Assembly: GCA_013416795.1 (NCBI GenBank)
Contig: RQSC01001236.1
Location: 30,474-55,141, forward strand
DNA: 24,668 nt
Reading direction: 5' to 3'
Source: Prasinococcaceae sp. CCMP 1430
Lineage: Eukaryota; Plantae; Prasinodermophyta
How positions within the stretch are numbered: position 1 is the stretch's first letter; each line of letters opens with the position of its first letter. The notes beneath the pieces are model-generated. The model did not search any database. It saw only the letters and a list, made by a program, of their open reading frames with translations, and was not told the origin of the DNA. Position numbers and translations under genes: made by a program. Positions 17,629 to 24,668 of the stretch are shown piece after piece.

Positions 17629-19371
17629 TTGACCTGCCTGCGCTCCGCGTGCGTGCGCGCGCGCGCACGCCACGCGCCCACTGAGGTAACCGGCCCAGCG
17701 GCGTGCGCGCCCTTCCCCCGACCCTTTCCCCGTCCTCCGCTCCTCCCCCCCCCTCCCCACACACCCCTGTGCCCCTCCCCCTCTGCCGCGCCCCTCGCGC
17801 CCGCCGCCGCCGCCGTCGCCCCGACCGCTAGCGGGCGGCGGCGCGCGGCATCCGCGCGCTCCGCCCCGCGCGCGGCGGCCACCGATCCCGCCGATCCCGC
17901 CGATCCCGCCGATCCCGCGGAGTCCTCGAGCAACACCAACACAGCAGCCTTCCAATGGCGCGGCTTCAAGCCCCTCCCCGCCCTCGCCTCCGTTTCAATC
18001 GGCCTCGTCCTCTACCTTCTCATCCCGTGCCCCGCCCAGCTCACCCAGCAGGCGTGGGCCCTGCTGGCCATCTTCCTCACCACGGTCACCGGCCTCATCC
18101 TCGAGCCGCTGCCCGTCCCGGCGTGGGCCGTGCTCTCCCTCACCACCGCGCTGATGACCAAGACGCTCTCGTGGGACGCGGCGATGGGCGCCTTCACCAA
18201 CGACGTCATCTGGCTGATCACCGTGAGCTTCTTCTTCGCGCGCGGCATCGTGCAGTCGGGCCTGGGCGCGCGCATCGCGCAGGCGTTCGTGGCGCTCTTC
18301 GGGCGCTCCACCCTCGGCCTGTCGTACGGCCTGGCGGCCGCCGAAACCGTATTAGCACTTGCGATGCCCTCGGGCACCGCGCGCGCCGGCGGCGTCTTCA
18401 TGCCGGTGATCGACTCGCTCTCCAAAGAATCGGGCTCCACGCCTCACTCCAACCCCCGGCGTATGGGCGCCTTCCTGGCCATGTCGCAGGCGCACGGCGC
18501 GTCGGCGCACTCCTCGTCCATCTTCCTGACGGGCGCCGCGCAGAACCTGCTCGTCATCAAGCTCGCCGAGCAGGCCGGCGTGGTGTTCGCCAACGCGTGG
18601 ATGCAGTGGTTCGCGGCGGGCGTCCTGCCGTGCCTGGCGTGCCTGGCGCTCAGCCCGTACGCCGTGTACCGGCTGTGCGAGCCCGAGCTCAAGGACACCC
18701 CGGAGGCGCCCGCGCGGGCGCGCGCGAGCCTCGCGGCGATGGGGCCGCTCACGCAGGACGAGGCGATCATGGTGGCGGCCATGGGCGCCGCGGTGGTCAT
18801 CTGGGTGGGCGGCTTCGGCCTGCCGGGCGCCGTGGGCGCCCTGCTGGGGCTCAGCGTCCTGCTGGCGACGGGCGTGCTCTCGTGGGCGGACTGCATCGAC
18901 GAGGAGCCCGGGTGGTCGACGCTCACGTGGTTCTCCATCCTGGTGGGCTACTCCACGGCGCTCAACGAGCTGGGCGTCATCGGCTGGGTCGCAAGCAGCT
19001 GCAGCGGCCTCGTGGCGAGCCTCGGCCTGCCCACCGCCGGCGCGGTGGCGCTCATCCTCGCCGCCTACGCGCTCATCCACTACATGTTCGCCAGCCAGAC
19101 GGCGCACGTCGCCTCGCTCTTCGGCGCCTTCCTGAGCATGATGGTGCTCGCGGGCGGCGCCGGCCTGCCGGCCGCGCTCGCGCTGGGCTTCCTGACCAAC
19201 CTCTTCGGCGGCATCACGCACTACGCCGCGGGCCAGAGCGTGGTCTTCTACAACGCCGGCTACGTGAGCCTCGCGGAGTTCTGGACCATCGGCCTCAAGA
19301 TGTTCCTGCTGAACTCGGCCGTCTTCGCGGCCGTCGCCATCCCGTGGTGGAAGTTCCTGGGCATCATGTGA
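17629..19371 (+). CDS. DiT2: Plastid dicarboxylate (glutamate/malate) translocator, DiT2 type, DASS family; true start codon not found (17629 is only the ORF-track start)
   Basis: LAIFLTT..LEPLPVPAWA, AFTNDVIWLI..SFFFARG, STLGLSYGL, AMPSGTARAGG, FLTGAAQNLL..KLAE, KDTPEAP, HYMFASQTAHV, HYAAGQS, WWKFLG. Preceded by an Ala/Arg/Ser transit-like segment and a (DPA)4 repeat. Confidence 0.94.
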   Translation: MTCLRSACVRARARHAPTEVTGPAACAPFPRPFPRPPLLPPPPHTPLCPSPSAAPLAPAAAAVAPTASGRRRAASARSAPRAAATDPADPADPADPAESSSNTNTAAFQWRGFKPLPALASVSIGLVLYLLIPCPAQLTQQAWALLAIFLTTVTGLILEPLPVPAWAVLSLTTALMTKTLSWDAAMGAFTNDVIWLITVSFFFARGIVQSGLGARIAQAFVALFGRSTLGLSYGLAAAETVLALAMPSGTARAGGVFMPVIDSLSKESGSTPHSNPRRMGAFLAMSQAHGASAHSSSIFLTGAAQNLLVIKLAEQAGVVFANAWMQWFAAGVLPCLACLALSPYAVYRLCEPELKDTPEAPARARASLAAMGPLTQDEAIMVAAMGAAVVIWVGGFGLPGAVGALLGLSVLLATGVLSWADCIDEEPGWSTLTWFSILVGYSTALNELGVIGWVASSCSGLVASLGLPTAGAVALILAAYALIHYMFASQTAHVASLFGAFLSMMVLAGGAGLPAALALGFLTNLFGGITHYAAGQSVVFYNAGYVSLAEFWTIGLKMFLLNSAVFAAVAIPWWKFLGIM

Positions 19372-19588
19372 GGAGGAGGAGGGGGCGGCTGAGGAGGGCG
19401 CGCCGCGGAGGGGCGCCGCGTGCGTGGTCTGTCGCGACGAGCGAGGGGGCGCGCGCACACACAACGCACAGACGGACGGACGAAGCGGGCGCGCCGCCGC
19501 CGCCGCCGCCGCCGGCGGCGGCGTCGCAGGCAGCCGCGACAGCTCGGCGGGAGCCTCTTTTTTTTGTTGTTGTGAATGGAAAAAATGA

Positions 19589-21528
19589 TTACGACGACAT
19601 GGGCGCCAGCAGCTGCCTCCTCTTGGCCCCCCCCGGGACGGGCGGCGGCGCGCGCTCGACGGGGTGCTCCGCACCCCCAAGAAAGCGCTCCGCACCCCGG
19701 CACGTCGTCGCCTTCCCCGGCACGAAGCCGTGCCCCGCGGGCGCCTGCGCCCGCCTGCGCGCGGCGACGCCCGGCCGCTCGCGCGGCGTCGCGGCCATCG
19801 AAAGGGCGTCGCGGCCCAGCCTCGGCGGCCGCCGCGGCTCGAGCGGCGCGGGCTTGCTCTGGGCCCCGCGCACTGCAGGAGAAACGCCCCGTCGCCCCGA
19901 CGCTTGTTTCACTCGCTCCGCGCCCCCGCGCACTGCAGGAACAACGCCCCCCCGTCGCCCCGACGCTTGCACTGCACGAGCAACGCCCCCCCGTCGCCGC
20001 GACGACGCTCGTTTCACTCGCTCCTCTCCTCCCAAATCCTCCTCCTCCACCACCGCCACGCGCGGGCCCACCGCGAAGGCGGGGAGGCGGTCGGGGTCCC
20101 TGCTCGCCATGACGACGACCTTGCCCTCGTGGTCGTACTGGTAGTCCTGCCCGCGCAGCTCCCTCTTGAGGCTCTGGATCCTCCGGAGCTCGGCGGCGTG
20201 CTCCTGGGCCTGCGCGCGCTTGGACGCCTCGGCGGCCCTGCGCTGCTCGATCTCGTCGCGCAGGCGCTGCTCGCGCTCCTGGTCCTCCAGGGACAGGGAC
20301 AGGAACGACGACCTTCGGCTGTACGCGAGGTGGGCCGCGGCGGCGGCCGCGGCGGGCGGCGCGCCGCTGCGGACCGCCGCCGACGCGCCACCGCGCGCCG
20401 CCGCGCCGCGGGTGCCGCCGTCTCCCTCGCCGCCGTCCGCGGACCCCGCCTCGGCCCTCGCGGCGGCGGCAGCAGCAGCAGCAGCAGCCTCCGAAGCGCC
20501 CTCGATCGCCTCGGCCTCCGCGCTCATTCCGGCCGCCTCCCGCGCCTCGACCGCGTCCCGCGCCTCTCCCTCCTCCTCCCCCTCTCCCTCCTCCACCCCC
20601 TCTCCCTCCTCCTCCCCCTCGGGCAACGCGTCTTGCGCCTCGACCCTCTCAATCGCCCCCAAAGAACAGCCCTCCTCCTCCTTCGCGTCAGCAGCAGCAG
20701 CAGCAGCCGCCTCATCAGACAACAACAGCGGCGCTCGCGTGGCCGCGTCCTCACGCGCCACGAGCGCCTAGACAGATCCTCGGCACCCTCGGGGAGCTTC
20801 ACGGTAGACGCGTCGTCGGTGGCGGCGGCCGGCGCGGCGGCCTCCTCCGGGGCGGCCTCCTCCTCCTCGTCGTCGTCGCTGTCACTCATCATCATGCCCC
20901 CCTCCTCACCGTCGCTCAGGTTCATGAAGTTCATGTCATCGAGCGTCGTCTCCTTGTCCTCCGTGCCGAAGTCGACGGCAGTCACCATGAGATCGACCTT
21001 GCCACCCGGCACAATGATGCCCTTGAAAGTGGGCTTGCCTGTCACCAGCTGTGGTGTAGCAGTGCGAGGGACGCGCGGAGCGGCAGAGCACGAGTTCGGA
21101 CGCGGGCGAGTCAGCACGGATGCGGAAGCTCGTCCGGCGCTGCTCCGACTGTCGCCGCAGCATGCACTGGCGCCGCGCGCTGCACAGAAGCCCTGCGCTT
21201 CACGCGCGTGCCGCGCGGCAGCCCGGGGCACGATCGCGACCCTCGCGCGCACTGCCGAGCGCGCTCGCTGCTCTCCTACGCGGGAGCCTCGCCGCGACGC
21301 CAGCTGCCTCTCGCCGCGCGAGCGCACCTTGTCGAGGTTAAAGAACTGCTGGTCGCCGATCTGCAGCGTGTTGTTGTTCATGAAGAACTTGCCCCACAGG
21401 CGGTCCTTGCTGGGGTTGGCCACCTCGAAGGTCGCCGTCTGCTCCCACTGCGGGTCGAGGCCGCGCTCGGTGCGCGTCGTGAACGACTGCTCGGTGCCCT
21501 CGATGCCCACGGTGCACGTGCAGTCGGG
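19589..21528 (-). CDS. C2-domain protein with acidic low-complexity and coiled-coil C-terminal region; exons 21528..21328 and 21048..~20771, then a frameshift into 20767..19589; 5' end cut at N 21529
   Basis: DCTCTVGIEG..TTRTERGLDPQWEQTATFEV is a C2 signature. In-frame intron 21049..21327 (GTGCGC..CACAG). A TAG at 20770-20768 precedes the second frame, which may instead be a separate gene. Confidence 0.68.
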
Positions 21529-21889
21529 NGCGCACCCGCCGCCGCCCCTCCCCGCGCGCGCGGTGTGGCACGCCTTCGCACGCGCGCACGCCGCGCCGCA
21601 CACGCGTTCCCTCGCGGGCAAAAAAAAAAAAAAAAGCCAACGCTTTTTGACCAGGCCCGCTCGAACCAACGCGTTTTGATGGCGCAGGAGTGGGGAGCGC
21701 CCCGCCCCGAAGGTTTGCGCGCATCGACCGAAAATGTACTCAATAGGGTTCGTGCATTGACCCTAATCAGACGTGCTGTACCCTAACATCTCGTGCGCGT
21801 TCGTGCGCGTGATGTGACAGCGACGCGCATATTTTAACGAACGTTCGTAACGGGCGCGCCAAGTGGCGCCGTCGGCGAGACAGCGCAGT

Positions 21890-22040
21890 GCTGCGCCCCG
21901 GCGGCCAGACAGCTGCGCCCCGGCGGCCAGACAGCTGCGCCCCGCGGGCCAGACAGCCGCGCCCCGCCGGCCAGACAGCTGCGCCCCCCGGCGGCCAGAC
22001 AGCTGCGCGCCGCCACCGGCCAGACAGCTGCGCGCCGCCA
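21890..22040. repeat. 22-25 bp minisatellite with core GGCCAGACAGCTGCGC, six copies, just upstream of ATG 22052
   Basis: GGCCAGACAG at 21903, 21925, 21947, 21969, 21993 and 22018. Confidence 0.92.
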
Positions 22041-22051
22041 CCAAACCGGCG

Positions 22052-23555
22052 ATGGCGGACGCGGAGGGCGGCGCGACCGCAGGAGCGCCGCCGGCCGCCN
22101 NNNNNNNNNNNNNNNNNNNNNNNNNNNNNNNNNNNNNNNNNNNNNNNNNNNNNNNNNNNNNNNNNNNNNNNNNNNNNNNNNNNNNNNNNNNNNNNNNNNN
22201 NNNNNNNNNNNNNNNNNNNNNNNNNNNNNNNNNGGCGGCGACCGTCGTGCTGCACGTGTGCCGCGCGCTCCGCGAGCGCCGACAAGCGGCCCCAGCGACG
22301 CCGGCGAGCCTCGTGGCCGAGGCGCGCGCGGCGGGCGTCGACGACGCGAGGCGCTCGGCGCTGACGGCGCACGCCAGCGAGCGAGAGGGCGACGCTCCGC
22401 GCCGGCCGGCCTTGCTCCTCCTGCACGACGTCGGCGAGTCGATGGAGTCCGTGCTGGGCGCCGCCGAGCGCGCCGCCGAGCGCGGGTACGTCGCCGCCGC
22501 CATGGAGCTGCGCAACCACGGCGCACGCGCGGCGATGCGGCCGCACGCCTACCGCGAGGCGCTCTGCGCCGCCTATCGCGACTACGACGCCCGTGCAGTC
22601 GAGCCGGCGCCTCCCGCGTACGCGCTGGACTCGCTCTGGGACGCCTCGCGCGTGCTCGACTACCTGTGCGCGCGGCCGGACGTCGACGCCGCGCGCGTGG
22701 GCGTGCTGGGGTTCGGGCTGGGCGGCGCGGTGGCGTACATGCTCGCCGCGCTGGACGCGCGCGTGGCGTGCTGCGTGCCCGTGTGCGGCGTGCGCGCGTA
22801 CAAGCGGGCGCTCAGCTCGGGCGAGTGGCGCAACGAGGCCGACGAGATGCCGCACGTGTTCGCGCTCGCGGCGAAGCTCAGGGAGGGGCGTCACGCGGAG
22901 GGCGCCGGCGGAGGACCAGGTGAGAGCGCAGCCGGAGCGGTGGCGGCGCGCCCGCTTGCGCGCGCGCGCGCCCGCGGCGCAGTGTCTGACCCCCCGCGCG
23001 CAAGCAGCGTCCAACAAGTCGGCCGCCGTGGCGGCGTCCTCGGGCGGCCGCCTTGGTCCGACCCTCGCGGGAGTCACTGCAGGCGACGCCAAGGAAGTGT
23101 GGCAGCGCGTGGCGCCGGGGCTGCTGGAGCACTTCGACGCCCCCGAGTGCCTGCATGCGATCGCGCCGCGGCCGCTGCTGGTGATCGCCGGCCAGCGCGA
23201 CGGCGTGTGCCCCGTCGGCGGCGTCCAGGAGGCGTACGCCACTGCGATGCGCGCGTGGGCGGTCCTGGGCGCGGCGCCGCACGTGCGCTTGCAGGTCTTC
23301 GAGGGCGTGGGGCACAGGCCCAACGAGGCGATGCGGCGCGCAGCCAATGCGTGGCTCGACAAGTTCCTGCTGCACGGCGGCAGGGAGCAGAAGGCCCTCC
23401 CCGACATCATCTATGCCGGCGGCCCGCCGCCGCAGCCGGAGGGTGCCGAGGCCGAGCAGGCGAGCCAGCGGCGGACGGGGACGGAGGAGGCGGCGCCCGG
23501 AACGACATGCTCGGCGCGCCCCCCCGTTCGCCGGGGCAGGAGCGCAATCGCGTAG
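22052..23555 (+). CDS. Alpha/beta-hydrolase fold protein (dienelactone hydrolase/esterase-like) lacking the nucleophile Ser; join(22052..22919,23008..23555), spanning an N gap
   Basis: RGYVAAAMELRNHG, VLDYL..RPDVDAARVGVLGFGLGG, AIAPRPLLVIAGQRD, FEGVGH. Intron GTGAGA(22920)..AAGCAG(23007) is a NAGNAG acceptor. Confidence 0.87.
22100..22233. other. Assembly gap (134 N)
   Basis: Run of N. Confidence 1.
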
Positions 23556-23693
23556 CAATCGGTTTCACTGTGTTATCGGTTTGTGTGTACAAGCGCTGCA
23601 GCCCGGGCACGCCTCCCCCTCCTTCCCCATCCCCCTCCTCCTCCACCGCCCCTGCCGCCCGGCGCGCCGCCGCCCCGCGGATGCCCCGCGGAT

Positions 23694-24461
23694 CTAGTCT
23701 TGGCGGCCCTTGAGCACACGCGTGGTGATCTTGTCCTGCTCCACGATGTGCACAATACCGCCCCAGCCGCTCAGGCAGTCACGGTCCACCGAGCTCAGCA
23801 GCACCTGCGAGATTGTCTCGAAGAGGTCCTCGGGCTCGAGGTCCGGCCTGTACATCGACTCGCACGTGCCGTACAAGTTCTCGCTCGCCGTTCCGCCCAC
23901 CGCGAAATCGGCCGCCAGCTGCTGCGCTCCGAGCAAGTCCATCGCGCACAGGTACGGCTCGCCCTGCGCGTCCAGCCCGGCAATGATCGGCTCCGCGAAG
24001 TACGGCCCGAAGCGCTTCTCGTACAGCATGGAGCTCACCATGTTGGCGAAGACCTTCGGGCTCATGTCGCGCTCCTCCCGCAGCTTGTACATGTTCTGGC
24101 GGAAGGCGAAGCGCTGCGACCTGCGGTGAGCGAGCGCGGGGGAGGCAGTCAGCTCGCCGAGGCGCCCACGCGCAAGGGCGCGAGGGCGCAGTGCGCGGCG
24201 CGCGCGTCCTCGGCGACGCGCGCCAGGCGCCACAACCCGTGGGCGCGCGTGCAGGATCTGCGCGCAGCGATCTTCGTGCGCGCGCGGCGGACGCACAGTG
24301 TGAGCACGTCCGTGGCGAGCCCCGGCAGGCCGATGAATAGCCGGTCGTGGATCTTGAAGACCTTGTCGAAGTCCGTCGCAATCGTCTGCTGCTCCGCGCC
24401 CAGCCGCCTGTCCGCCGCGATCGCGACGCAGTTCTTGCCGCTCATCGCGACGATGGCAGCG
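23694..24461 (-). CDS. PBC1: 20S proteasome subunit beta-3; complement(join(23694..24120,24297..24461,...)); first exon lies beyond the window
   Basis: [59 protein letters not shown]. Phase-2 introns GTGCGT(24296)..CGCAG(24121) and an acceptor at 24462. Confidence 0.97.
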   Translation of the reverse strand, partial: RCHRRDERQELRRDRGGQAAGRGAADDCDGLRQGLQDPRPAIHRPAGARHGRAHTVRPPRAHEDRCAQILHARPRVVAPGARRRGRARRALRPRALARGRLGELTASPALAHRRSQRFAFRQNMYKLREERDMSPKVFANMVSSMLYEKRFGPYFAEPIIAGLDAQGEPYLCAMDLLGAQQLAADFAVGGTASENLYGTCESMYRPDLEPEDLFETISQVLLSSVDRDCLSGWGGIVHIVEQDKITTRVLKGRQD

Positions 24462-24503
24462 CTGCGATTGAGGGGGGGCGCGCCGCGCGGGGGAGAACGG
24501 GAG

Positions 24504-24507
24504 GTGT

Positions 24508-24545
<38 letters not shown>
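24504..24545. repeat. (GT)n microsatellite in the proteasome beta-3 intron
   Basis: About 21 GT units with one interruption. Confidence 0.9.
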
Positions 24546-24546
<1 letters not shown>

Positions 24547-24668
24547 GGGGGGGTAGCGGGGACGAAGGCGTGCGTGCGTTTGTGCGTGTGCACGCGCCCA
24601 CGCGTCTGCGTCAGCATGCGCGGCCTGCGCGCGGCCGCGCGCGCGCCTCCACGCGCCGCGGCGCCGCG

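Noticed and set aside
2718-20144. Long Arg/Ala/Pro-rich ORFs in the track (e.g. 2718-4403, 8907-10550, 13580-15505, 17955-20144)
   Set aside because: These are shadow frames of real genes in ~70% GC DNA, where stops are rare; they contain no recognisable domains.

Overview
GC-rich, intron-containing eukaryotic DNA with plastid-type genes (Mg-type ALAD, plant-type ATCase, DiT2), consistent with a prasinophyte-like green alga (inference). Left to right: hemB/ALAD, a mitochondrial carrier, a CNNM (DUF21-CBS) protein, a GH59 galactocerebrosidase-like gene, the C-terminal half of SNRNP40, a MIP/aquaporin 5' fragment, pyrB, SPRY and WHIM1 fragments, a hypothetical repeat-domain gene, a TMEM120 fragment, a degenerate lower-GC segment, a small coiled-coil gene, a rearranged 15.95-17.6 kb block, DiT2, a C2-domain gene, an alpha/beta-hydrolase lacking its nucleophile Ser, and proteasome beta-3. 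The assembly is a fragile scaffold: six single Ns (3182, 6988, 9048, 11804, 13616, 21529), at least two of which hide hundreds of missing bases, plus a 134-N gap. The rearranged block holds three notable things. (i) A tRNA-Val(AAC) with a 33-nt bulge-helix-bulge intron in the D-loop. (ii) A SRAP/HMCES gene broken in two, with the pieces in opposite orientation. (iii) A 308-nt segment (16279-16586) copied colinearly at 17276-17583, whose central 186 nt are an exact reverse complement while the 66-nt and 56-nt flanks are exact mirror images (reversed but NOT complemented). The mirror copy is most likely an in-silico artefact but would be unprecedented if real.
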